From the IMG/VR virus record IMGVR_UViG_3300042556_002263: DNA of 64,000 nucleotides; one strand, written 5' to 3'. Positions 55,866-63,603 of the stretch are shown here, in pieces; positions within the stretch are counted from its first letter, which is position 1, and every line of letters begins with the position of its first letter. The position numbers and the translations under genes were made by a program. Below the pieces are notes generated by a model. It ran no database searches. It worked only from the letters and a program-made list of their open reading frames with translations, and was not told the DNA's origin. The stretch comes from an uncultured virus (IMG/VR IMGVR_UViG_3300042556_002263) (lineage: Duplodnaviria > Heunggongvirae > Uroviricota > Caudoviricetes).

Positions 55866-56092
55866 GCGAGTCAGGATGGACTTGGCTCCTGTTTGCTATG
55901 GAACTAATCGGAGTAGGCGGTAGTTTCCTCGTCGGCAACAAGAAGTGGTACGGGCACATGATTGTTGCCCTTCACTCATTTCCCTGGTTAATTTATTCAA
56001 TAGTGTTCGATAAACCGGGATTTCTCGCAATGTGGGCCTTGTGGCAGTGGGTTCACTGGCGAAACATGTACAGGTGGCTCAAACAGGGTTGA
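55862..56092 (+). CDS. Small membrane protein (PnuC-like three-helix unit)
   Basis: Trp-rich hydrophobic 76 aa, LVGNKKWYG...PWLIY...RNMYRW. Confidence 0.55.
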   Translation: MSESGWTWLLFAMELIGVGGSFLVGNKKWYGHMIVALHSFPWLIYSIVFDKPGFLAMWALWQWVHWRNMYRWLKQG

Positions 56093-56121
56093 TTGACATC
56101 ATGTAATTATTGTTGTACGGT
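56093..56121 (+). promoter_or_regulatory. Sigma70/SigA-type promoter TTGACA-N17-TACGGT
   Basis: Exact 17-nt spacer; RBS GAGGTG and ATG at 56141. Confidence 0.65.
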
Positions 56122-56140
56122 CACTTACAGAGGTGACAAC

Positions 56141-56761
56141 ATGACAACAATAGTCGCAATTCAGGGAGATGGCTTTACCGTCGTCGGCGCAGATACAAGA
56201 ATAACCAGTTTTGACAGCAATGGGAATGCATATCAGTACACAAATTTAGGCAACGGTATGTCGAAGATTGCCACAAGAGGCAAGTATCTCTTGGGGGCAG
56301 CAGGCGATGTGCGCGCCATTAATATTCTTCACCATGTATTCCAACCCCCTCCGGTAGCACCAACCCTAAAGGGGAAGAAACTAGATGCTTTCATTACCGG
56401 GAAACTGATACCCACAATGCGCCAATGCTTTGACGCTCAGGGATACTCGGCACCAGAACACGGTACAGACAGAACGCACAGGGCTGAGCAGGACTCAACT
56501 ATTGTCGTAGCGATTAACGGAGTCTCCTACTTCATAGAGAACGACTATTCGTGGACCTCGGAATCAAACGGCTTCTATGCCTGTGGTAGCGGTTCAGACT
56601 ATGCGCTTGGGGCTTTGTACTGTCTGGCTTCCAGTAAGACGCTTTCTGCACATCAGGCAAAACAGGCAATTATCAAATCACTTGCCGCTGCTGCGAAGTT
56701 CGACCCCGGTACTGGCGGTCCGTACCACACCTTTATCCAGCAATCGCAGGGGACGAAATGA
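56141..56761 (+). CDS. Ntn-hydrolase protease, proteasome-beta / HslV-like
   Basis: M-TTIVAI (N-terminal catalytic Thr), GADTRIT, KI, GAAGD, ACGSGSDYALGAL, AAKFDPGTGG. Confidence 0.85.
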   Translation: MTTIVAIQGDGFTVVGADTRITSFDSNGNAYQYTNLGNGMSKIATRGKYLLGAAGDVRAINILHHVFQPPPVAPTLKGKKLDAFITGKLIPTMRQCFDAQGYSAPEHGTDRTHRAEQDSTIVVAINGVSYFIENDYSWTSESNGFYACGSGSDYALGALYCLASSKTLSAHQAKQAIIKSLAAAAKFDPGTGGPYHTFIQQSQGTK

Positions 56762-56861
56762 TGAGCAACGCGCCCAGAACTTCCTGCCATGTTTCTGGAT
56801 ATGGGGTTAGCCACATAGGGGGAAGAAGACAACTAGTGGAGATACCTATAGGGAGTAGTAA

Positions 56862-57194
56862 GTGAGTACAGACAATAGTAAGAAAAAAATTACCAAACTA
56901 GATAAATCTGTAGATATACCTGATTTGGACTTGTTTGAGCATGCTGCGTGTAAAGGGAAAACAAATCTCATGTTCCCCAAAGAACATAAGGATATTACCT
57001 ACATCGCAGAAGCAAGGAGCATCTGCAAAACATGCCCTGTTCAAAAGAAGTGTCTGGAGTACGCATTGGAGTTTCCGGCAGCAGATATGCACGGAGTATG
57101 GGCAGGACTAACATCAAGACAACTGGCAGCGGAGCAAAGAAGAAGAGGGATAAAACCTTCAAGACCCACGCTCAGTCAGATGTGGGGGGATTAG
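56862..57194 (+). CDS. whiB: WhiB-family Fe-S transcription factor
   Basis: AAC...FP...ARSICKTCPVQKKCLEYAL...GVWAGLT. Confidence 0.92.
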   Translation: MSTDNSKKKITKLDKSVDIPDLDLFEHAACKGKTNLMFPKEHKDITYIAEARSICKTCPVQKKCLEYALEFPAADMHGVWAGLTSRQLAAEQRRRGIKPSRPTLSQMWGD

Positions 57195-57204
57195 CCGAAC
57201 GCAG

Positions 57205-57546
57205 TTAGCCGACCCTGAAGGAACAGGTGTCGCAGTAGTCAGCAGAACCGAAGGTCACTATCTTCATGTTGCACTCTTCTTTACCGCAGGGCATCAGAAC
57301 CTTCTCGCCCTTCAGATACAGGTTCAGGTAATCCGAAGGGGTAGGTCTTGGGTAGGGAGCAGGAGCAGGGGGATGACCCTTCTGGGTCTGGCAGTAATCC
57401 CAAGCGACCCAGGCTAGGAAGTCGGACAGGGTCATACCGAGGGCTCGGGATGCGTCTATCAGGGTGTTCTTATCAGCGCCAGATACCTTAACCGTCAGGG
57501 TATGGGTAGCCTTGGGGGTTCTTGACTTCTTAGGTTTACGACCCAT
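57205..57546 (-). CDS. Ribbon-helix-helix protein with C-terminal Zn ribbon
   Basis: TLTVKVSGADKNTLIDASRALGMTLSDFL; PCG..C...YCDTC. Confidence 0.65.
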   Translation of the reverse strand: MGRKPKKSRTPKATHTLTVKVSGADKNTLIDASRALGMTLSDFLAWVAWDYCQTQKGHPPAPAPYPRPTPSDYLNLYLKGEKVLMPCGKEECNMKIVTFGSADYCDTCSFRVG

Positions 57547-57703
57547 CTCGTTCCACCAACATCTTTATGTATTCGGTCATCGTCATGCCGTAGGCATCAG
57601 CCTGAGTCATCAGCAGACGCTTGAACTCAGCAGATACCCGCATCGTCATTATGACATAAGGGGTATCAGGGTTCTTGGGGGGACGGCCTGGATTGCGCTT
57701 CAT
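57536..57703 (-). CDS. Ribbon-helix-helix DNA-binding protein (55 aa, not in ORF track)
   Basis: MKRNPGRPPKNPDTPYVIMTMRVSAEFKRLLMTQADAYGMTMTEYIKMLVERDGS; ATGA coupling. Confidence 0.7.
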   Translation of the reverse strand: MKRNPGRPPKNPDTPYVIMTMRVSAEFKRLLMTQADAYGMTMTEYIKMLVERDGS

Positions 57704-57954
57704 TTGGTCTCAAACGCTCCGTGGATAGAGCGCCACTCTCCACACCAGTAGTCTTCCGCCACAGTGACGGCTTCTGGGTATCTATGGCAGGTGCCGTATC
57801 GAGAGCCTGGAATCTCACTGAAATACAGACAGGTGGGACACCCACGGGAAGGCTGGTCCATATGGACTCGGGCAGTGATGGATTCCCACCCTGGGTTAGA
57901 GGTTGTGCTGGTTGATGGGAAAGTGCTGGAAGTGTTGGAAATGTCGGAATTCAC
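57700..57954 (-). CDS. Small Cys-rich hypothetical protein (start uncertain)
   Basis: CPTCLYF...GTCHRYP...DYWCGEW. Confidence 0.6.
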   Translation of the reverse strand: MNSDISNTSSTFPSTSTTSNPGWESITARVHMDQPSRGCPTCLYFSEIPGSRYGTCHRYPEAVTVAEDYWCGEWRSIHGAFETK

Positions 57955-57971
57955 GACGCCTGTGGTCCTTT

Positions 57972-58433
57972 TTACGAAATTTTGTATTTTTGTTGTTGAT
58001 ACGCCGATACTACTTGCTCGTAGGTTTTCATGAAGGCGACTTGGTCAGTTGCGTTTCGCAACCCGTACACCGCACTACCCAACTGAGAAATTAGTTGCAC
58101 TATGCAAGGATGTAGTTCGGTTGTGTCAGGTGTCACACCAGCGTTGCTATCCTCCACCGTGCGGGTAACGAGGCTCCACGCGACCAGGGGTGCAGGTGGG
58201 TCTCCCTCTGTGGAGACGCTGTCCAAATGCCGGCGACGGAGGTCCCCTGCTTTCGGCATGTACTGGGAGATGCAGGCGTGGTCAACCAGAGATTGCTTTA
58301 CGCCACCGAATGGTAAATCCTGGAGAATCTCCCACCAGGCACGCAAGATGTTTTTTCTGTCGACATCCAGAAGAATCTGGTTATACATCGAGTACGCACT
58401 AATTACGATTTCTTCAAGTTCGGATTTTGTCAC
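57972..58433 (-). CDS. Helicase loader/inhibitor-like protein (SPP1 G39P-like)
   Basis: MTKSE...Y...AWWEILQDLPF..VKQSLVDH...YMPKAGDLR...AW. Confidence 0.7.
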   Translation of the reverse strand: MTKSELEEIVISAYSMYNQILLDVDRKNILRAWWEILQDLPFGGVKQSLVDHACISQYMPKAGDLRRRHLDSVSTEGDPPAPLVAWSLVTRTVEDSNAGVTPDTTELHPCIVQLISQLGSAVYGLRNATDQVAFMKTYEQVVSAYQQQKYKIS

Positions 58434-58807
58434 CAGGGTTCTCCGGAGTCTTCTTTAGATTTATCCAGAATTTCTAGAAACTTCTCTACGTGCTCTGCGT
58501 CCCTAAAAATCAATTCGACAGAATCGTACTTCTTATTCATTTTGTTCCGGCCCATATGGAACTCAGATAAAGAACATCCGTCGATTGCTTCCTTGCAGCC
58601 ATCCACTTCGTAATCGTGAATTGCTGCCGCGATGATTTGTCGGCGAGTTGCATCCAGGATTGGTTTGCGCTTGGAGCCGCCACGCATCACAGATATCCAG
58701 TATTCCCATACTTCGAGCACTGCAGCATCTGGAATCATGGCCGCTTTCTTTGCGCGGCTTAATGTGCGCTCTGAGGTTGGTCTCCCGCGACCTCGTTTAT
58801 CTGACAT
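58430..58807 (-). CDS. Stand-alone protein resembling the C-terminal domain of phage replication initiators
   Basis: EVWEYW...R...I.......C..AID......FHMG.N...KY...ELIFR...VEKF; coupled to the loader-like gene. Confidence 0.55.
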   Translation of the reverse strand: MSDKRGRGRPTSERTLSRAKKAAMIPDAAVLEVWEYWISVMRGGSKRKPILDATRRQIIAAAIHDYEVDGCKEAIDGCSLSEFHMGRNKMNKKYDSVELIFRDAEHVEKFLEILDKSKEDSGEPW

Positions 58808-58842
58808 GGTAGTAATCTACTAAACCTTTCCGCCACCGTCAA
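58808..58842 (-). promoter_or_regulatory. Leaderless SigA-type promoter TTGACG-N17-TAGATT-N6-ATG
   Basis: Exact spacing; no RBS before the ATG at 58807. Confidence 0.7.
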
Positions 58843-59173
58843 GTGTTTGAGCCATGTAAAGAAGAACACAAATGACTCAACCACCTACCTCCATTTTGGA
58901 GGGGTCCGGGGAACCTTTCCGAAATTCGAATTTGAAACCAGGGCAGCCTCGAGAGATTTCCATTTTTCAGGAAAGTCTTTAACGTGTTCTGGTTTACCCG
59001 GGTAGGTTGTCCAGGAAAATGTAGCAGCCCCGCGAGATGATTGCAACACACGCGCGACATTTTTTCCTCGCGTGTTATTCTGGATTCGTCGCCGGGGCTT
59101 CCCTCCTTTCACCCGGTGTACCGCCTCCTGGGGCTGCTGCTTGTGCGCGGCCCTGGGAGTGCGGGGGGAAGAA

Positions 59174-59569
59174 TCAGAACATTTTGCGAATGTCACCGGC
59201 CGCAATCTTCTCTTCTGCCGCAGCGAGCAAGTTGTCCATCGCCTTTTCCCAAACTGGTTCATGCAATTTTTCTGGCAGCATGTCATGAATCGTTTGCAAA
59301 ATTTCTAAAAGCGAAGACTTTCTGTAGGCCGCGATATAAACGTTTTTTTCTGAAGTCTCGAATACAGTGCACCCAACCGGTTCGAGCAAATCAGAATCTG
59401 GAAAATGCATTCCTCGAATGATGGGCCCATCCGGTTCTTCGGAGTTCGCAAGAAAAAGGAAATTGTCCATATCTTCCTCGAGCGTTTCTTTCATAAATTT
59501 TCTGATTCTGGGGCCGCCGGGCCCTCGAACGAATTTTACGAATTCATCCCATTTCTTCTTTTTGCTCAC
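59174..59569 (-). CDS. Hypothetical protein
   Basis: GTG start with RBS AAAGGA; 131 aa. Confidence 0.65.
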   Translation of the reverse strand: MSKKKKWDEFVKFVRGPGGPRIRKFMKETLEEDMDNFLFLANSEEPDGPIIRGMHFPDSDLLEPVGCTVFETSEKNVYIAAYRKSSLLEILQTIHDMLPEKLHEPVWEKAMDNLLAAAEEKIAAGDIRKMF

Positions 59570-59676
59570 TGCAGTTCCTTTCCGCCACCGTAATAGCATT
59601 TGTAAAGATTTTGTTTGAATAAATTTTTCTGAAGCATTCGCGCACGAGTCGAATTGTTGTTCTATTATGCACATCC

Positions 59677-60048
59677 ATGGACAACAAAACCAGATTCAAC
59701 TTGTACGTAGCAGCCCTTAGACAGTTCGCCGAGCGCACTGGTCACACCAGAGTCCCGGCCGTTCATGTCGAAATTATTGATGGCAAGGAGATTGCCGTCG
59801 GTGCCTGGGTCGGCTACATCCGTCAGCGCCAGAAGAAGAACATGCTTTCTGCGGAAAAACAGCAAATCCTCCAGGGCCTTCCTGGCTGGGAATGGGGTCC
59901 GCTGAAGCCAGGGCCCTCGAGTGATGCGAGCAGAAATTCTGAAATTCTTCAGATGCGCAGCCAGGGAATGACTCTTCGTCAAATTGCGGATTCGTACGAC
60001 CTTAGCCGCCAGCGCGTGCACCAGATTGTGAAGAAGGCGAATGCCTGA
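59677..60048 (+). CDS. Helicase-associated (HA) domain fused to a sigma70-region-4-like HTH
   Basis: ALRQFAERTGHTRVP...VGAWVGYIRQ...L..LPGWEW; GMTLRQIADSYDLSRQRVHQI. Confidence 0.8.
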   Translation: MDNKTRFNLYVAALRQFAERTGHTRVPAVHVEIIDGKEIAVGAWVGYIRQRQKKNMLSAEKQQILQGLPGWEWGPLKPGPSSDASRNSEILQMRSQGMTLRQIADSYDLSRQRVHQIVKKANA

Positions 60049-60295
60049 TTTCGAAGACTGGGATGTAAATCTCAACGATGCTGCAGACCAGCGTGCGTAT
60101 GCCTGGGACGTCATAAAAACTGGATTGCGTTTTCTGGTTTTTACTTGTCTTTTGTATACGTTCATAATATGGGGCTTCGCAAATTTACTTGTTAAGAGTG
60201 ACATCTTATCAGGTGATATCTCGTGGCAACATGCGGGCATGATGTCTGTCGGAATAATTTTTCTACGAATGTGGGACCGAACTTTTTTTAAATAG
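60041..60295 (+). CDS. Small membrane protein
   Basis: Two hydrophobic segments; overlaps the upstream stop. Confidence 0.6.
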   Translation: MPDFEDWDVNLNDAADQRAYAWDVIKTGLRFLVFTCLLYTFIIWGFANLLVKSDILSGDISWQHAGMMSVGIIFLRMWDRTFFK

Positions 60296-60391
60296 AAAGT
60301 TCTGACATTTCCGGCAGCAAGAGTGTTCGAATCGGAATCTAATTTTTTTGAGTTTTTTTGCTCGACCGGCCAGGCTACGTAGCGCAAAAAA

Positions 60392-60661
60392 TCAAACTTC
60401 TTCTTCGACCTCGCGGGCCATCTGGCTTTCCGCCACCGTCAAAGTTTCAGAGGCAGTCAGTGGTCGGGGGAAAACCATGAATCCACGCTCATCGCGTGCT
60501 ATCCCAGTGACCCACATTGACCTCTCGGGGCTCCCCGTCGAAGCGACGCCGTTGTCGCCGATGGCTTCTTTGATTCTGTCCACTGCAGTGGTGATTGCGA
60601 CTCGGTCATCGTCAGCCACGATGTCAGTGGTGACCTGAATGGTCACTCGGTAAATGTTCAT
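60392..60661 (-). CDS. Hypothetical protein
   Basis: ATG with RBS GGAGGA, coupled (ATGA) to the upstream small ORF. Confidence 0.65.
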   Translation of the reverse strand: MNIYRVTIQVTTDIVADDDRVAITTAVDRIKEAIGDNGVASTGSPERSMWVTGIARDERGFMVFPRPLTASETLTVAESQMAREVEEEV

Positions 60662-60771
60662 GAGTTGTTCCTCCACTCACAGTAAGAGTTGTAGTTTTCG
60701 TCGTCTTCAGGGTCGAGCCCGTTGGCATCGCACCATTCTTCGTAAGACGGTGTGTTCTTGAAGATTTTCAC
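60658..60771 (-). CDS. Small acidic protein (37 aa, not in ORF track)
   Basis: MKIFKNTPSYEEWCDANGLDPEDDENYNSYCEWRNNS; GTGA and ATGA overlaps at both ends. Confidence 0.6.
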   Translation of the reverse strand: MKIFKNTPSYEEWCDANGLDPEDDENYNSYCEWRNNS

Positions 60772-60992
60772 TTCGTGTCTGCGTAATCCAGCGCACCCAT
60801 GTGGAGCGACTCGTAAATGTCGTCAAAGGTCTGCTCGTCAAAGTCGGCACACAACTTCTCCCAACCCTCGTTGGTGAGAATCATGTCGTCATCGTCAGGG
60901 AAGTCAAACTGTCGCTTGTCGTAGACAAGAGCACAGATGGAGTCTTCGGGGTCAATTTCGGACAGGTACTTGATGAGGTCTTTCACTTTCAT
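60768..60992 (-). CDS. Small acidic hypothetical protein (leaderless)
   Basis: MKVKDLIKYL...; ATG is the last triplet of the 40-bp promoter repeat. Confidence 0.7.
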   Translation of the reverse strand: MKVKDLIKYLSEIDPEDSICALVYDKRQFDFPDDDDMILTNEGWEKLCADFDEQTFDDIYESLHMGALDYADTK

Positions 60993-61029
60993 AAGTTCAG
61001 TATGGCTTGTAAGGGACGAAACCACAACC
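60990..61029 (-). promoter_or_regulatory. 40-bp repeated leaderless promoter cassette, copy 1
   Basis: GGTTGTGGTTTCGTCCCTTACAAGCCATACTGAACTTATG = TTGTGG-N17-CATACT-N6-ATG. Confidence 0.8.
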
Positions 61030-61821
61030 TCACTTCCAAACATGAGCCTTGCCCTTCGGCTTGACAGCCTCCTTGGGCTTGACAGGCGCAACAGGCATGG
61101 GGAGCCAGTCCCGATTTTGGAGATACACCTCAGCCCTGTCTGCGATTTTGTCCTCATGGTTGCTCTTCCATTCTTCATAAGCCTCCACTTGGTCGTCGTC
61201 GTCCCAGTCCACTTCCTCGGGATACTCACATGGCTCGTAGTAGTCCTCAAAGACAACCTCGCCACCATGCATCATCTCAATGCCTGCAAAGAATCCAGCC
61301 TCCTCGTCTGAGTCAAGCATGAACAGACAGTTGGGAAACTTCTCAGAAAGAGCCACAAAGCCTGCGACTGCCACACCCCAAGGGGTCTGAAAGGATGCGC
61401 TCGTCATCCACAAGTCCTTGTGACCGTAGGGAGTCGGAGCAGTATGGAAGTCCGTGTCGCAGTCTCCCCACTTCACGCCCCACTTGGCGATTTGCCAGTC
61501 GTACCAGTCTTTGACTCCGTACTTTGCCCTAGCCTCTTCTTGCTGTTTCAGAATCTCGGCATTTTTCGCAACACGCTCGTCGTACTCTTCCTGAGTCCAT
61601 TCGCCATTCGCAAGCATTTCTTTCCACTGTTCGGGGACTTCATCAAATGCGAAAGTTGCAGTAATGTCTCGGAGTTCTTGGGGACATGGCAAATGACCCT
61701 CAAGGATTTGGAACTTGTCAAAGCCGTCGTCGGTGGCAGGAATCCTGCACCCCTCATAGAAAGCCTTGATTTCTTCCTCGGGTCCACGGACAACGAGACC
61801 TGTAGATGACCAGTTAGGCAT
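61030..61821 (-). CDS. YubB/DUF1281-like ferredoxin-fold protein
   Basis: MPNW....L...G...P.P.EL...DWYDWQIAKWGVKWGD...FQTPWG...LSEKFP...EEAG.F.G. Confidence 0.8.
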   Translation of the reverse strand: MPNWSSTGLVVRGPEEEIKAFYEGCRIPATDDGFDKFQILEGHLPCPQELRDITATFAFDEVPEQWKEMLANGEWTQEEYDERVAKNAEILKQQEEARAKYGVKDWYDWQIAKWGVKWGDCDTDFHTAPTPYGHKDLWMTSASFQTPWGVAVAGFVALSEKFPNCLFMLDSDEEAGFFAGIEMMHGGEVVFEDYYEPCEYPEEVDWDDDDQVEAYEEWKSNHEDKIADRAEVYLQNRDWLPMPVAPVKPKEAVKPKGKAHVWK

Positions 61822-62011
61822 TAGCGATAGCCTCCGTTGTGATTTCGTCTGCGCCGTTTATGAAGTCTGCCCCAAAGAGGCGACTCCACTTGTCCAGTAT
61901 CAAGTTCTCGGCGTACTGGATTTCGTTCTCGGGCGAGAGTTCGGAGCGAACATCCATGTCCTCGGACAATTTCATCGCTCCCCACCTCGCAGTAATCAGA
62001 TAAGTAGTCAT
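61814..62011 (-). CDS. Small hypothetical protein (leaderless)
   Basis: MTTYLITARWG...; ATG is the last triplet of repeat copy 2. Confidence 0.7.
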   Translation of the reverse strand: MTTYLITARWGAMKLSEDMDVRSELSPENEIQYAENLILDKWSRLFGADFINGADEITTEAIANA

Positions 62012-62048
62012 AAGTTCAGTATGGCTTGTAAGGAAGACGACCACAACC
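62009..62048 (-). promoter_or_regulatory. 40-bp repeated leaderless promoter cassette, copy 2
   Basis: GGTTGTGGTCGTCTTCCTTACAAGCCATACTGAACTTATG; 25 nt identical to copy 1 at the 3' end. Confidence 0.8.
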
Positions 62049-62080
62049 CCCTGACCGAGAGCAACCCACCGGTCAGAGGG
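62049..62080 (-). terminator. Hairpin between the vWA gene and promoter copy 2
   Basis: CTGACCG...CGGTCAG inverted repeat; no clear U-tract. Confidence 0.35.
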
Positions 62081-62091
62081 AGTGGCGACCT

Positions 62092-63603
62092 TTAGCGTAC
62101 TCGGTCTCCCCACGCCTCACGGAGCATCGCAGGGAGTGAACGCTCAACCGTTGCGCCTGCCTTCAGTTTCTCCAGCGTCTCAACAGCCTTGTTAGCGTCC
62201 TCAACAACGATGACCTTCTTCTCCATGCAGTATGCAGTGCATTGGTTCGCAAGCAGTTCAGAGAATCCTTGGTTCGGTCCACACACGCCCCCGTCCGTCA
62301 CCCAAATGACTGGAGCAGACGAGTGTTGGCGATGCTTCACGCCCCACTCAAGCGCAGGGAAGTCCACACCGTTGCCTGAACCCATGTCGGGGAAGTCGTG
62401 GTCAGACACCATGCGACCCTTGTCGGCAAGCACCCATGCGTTCGGTGCGCCGTTGCAACCGTCCACATCGGAGTATGCGATGACGGTACACCCTGGACTT
62501 GCATCAAGCATTTTGCGAACATCGTTGCGAGTGAGTGTCATAGAGCCTGAAGCGTCAATGACGACCACGCCACCCATGCCACGCCTCTTGTTGTCAAAGA
62601 TGCGCTTCTGAGGGTCGCTCATGTATCGGTGCAGTCGGCGTGGAGAGCGACCAGTATTGGATGCACTGCGCTTCTTGCCGAGGTTGCCCTGAGTCAGAAC
62701 CGTGAGTGGCAGACGAGAGACGACCAGTTCACCCCAATAGGGTGCGCTCGCCCTGCCCATTCCGTCAGGAGACACCTTGGTAATCTTGTTCAGGTATTCC
62801 TTCTCGGAAAGTGGCTTGGGTGCGTTCTCGCCCCTGTTGTCGTGGGCGACAGTAATGGTGTCCTCGTCCTCAACAGCAACGGCACTGCCCTTCTTGCTGT
62901 CCTTGCTGTCCTTGCTGTCCTCTTCCTGAACATTCTCGGGTGGCATACCAGCGAGCCTGTCCACCCATTCAGCCAGTTTCTCGGTGAAGCCGAAGCCGAC
63001 TGGAGCGAGACCACTCCTTCTGTCTGTTCCCGTGGAAGCGAGAAAGCCCGTTCGGTGAGCCTTCTCCATTTCCTTCACTGCTCGCTTGGAGATAGAGAGC
63101 AGAGCCTTGCCCCACATTCTGTTGTGTCGGCGCACACCGTTCAGGAACGGCTTGTTGGATGCAGTGCCAGCAGTGGCGACAGCCATGTGAACAGCACCCT
63201 TCCAGTCATTCGTGCAGGCATAGCGTTCACCGTCAGCAGTCTCAGTTCCGTCAGTGAGGTGAGTCTCCACATCAAAGCCAGCCTTCTGACAGAGAAAGTT
63301 CACTCGCAGTTCCTCGCACACGACCATAGCCTTGACGCTTGCGACCTTGCGAGCCTGCCACTGCTCCCACTCTCCAGCAGGAGAGACCTTGGCATGCATC
63401 ATTTCGTGCGCTCGGATAGCCCTTGCCTGAGGAGTGTCTGCCTTGGGTGCGAGCATCGTGCGCTCGGTGATAGAGGTTGCAGGGATGCCACGCCTTGCCT
63501 CGCAGTCGTGAACATCCCACGCACCGTTCTCGGTGTCCTCTCGGTGAATCCACTCAGGCTCAGCAGTGTGGAGACCAATGTCCTCGGTGTCGTAGATGCT
63601 CAT
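62092..63603 (-). CDS. HExxH metallopeptidase-like domain fused to a vWA (MIDAS) domain; partner of the AAA+ ATPase
   Basis: RAHEMMH...EELRVN; VVVIDASGSM; GNG; IWVTDG. Confidence 0.8.
   Translation of the reverse strand: MSIYDTEDIGLHTAEPEWIHREDTENGAWDVHDCEARRGIPATSITERTMLAPKADTPQARAIRAHEMMHAKVSPAGEWEQWQARKVASVKAMVVCEELRVNFLCQKAGFDVETHLTDGTETADGERYACTNDWKGAVHMAVATAGTASNKPFLNGVRRHNRMWGKALLSISKRAVKEMEKAHRTGFLASTGTDRRSGLAPVGFGFTEKLAEWVDRLAGMPPENVQEEDSKDSKDSKKGSAVAVEDEDTITVAHDNRGENAPKPLSEKEYLNKITKVSPDGMGRASAPYWGELVVSRLPLTVLTQGNLGKKRSASNTGRSPRRLHRYMSDPQKRIFDNKRRGMGGVVVIDASGSMTLTRNDVRKMLDASPGCTVIAYSDVDGCNGAPNAWVLADKGRMVSDHDFPDMGSGNGVDFPALEWGVKHRQHSSAPVIWVTDGGVCGPNQGFSELLANQCTAYCMEKKVIVVEDANKAVETLEKLKAGATVERSLPAMLREAWGDRVR

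Noticed and set aside
59120..59160. SRP-RNA-like CAGG...AGCAG motif on the minus strand
   Set aside because: Lacks the GNRA-capped stem and long flanking helix; too weak to call
59665..60387. 240-aa minus-strand ORF
   Set aside because: Overlaps two better-supported plus-strand genes (HA-HTH and membrane protein)
60993..61268. N-terminal extension of the 166-aa ORF in the track (likewise the 99-aa ORF extension at 62012-62113)
   Set aside because: The extensions overlap upstream genes and read through the promoter repeat; true starts are the repeat ATGs at 60992 and 62011
60990..62048. CRISPR array suggested by the 40-bp direct repeat and the Cas4-like gene
   Set aside because: Only two copies about 1 kb apart, separated by genes. 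The Cas4-like nuclease sits beside a Sak annealase, the usual phage recombination context.
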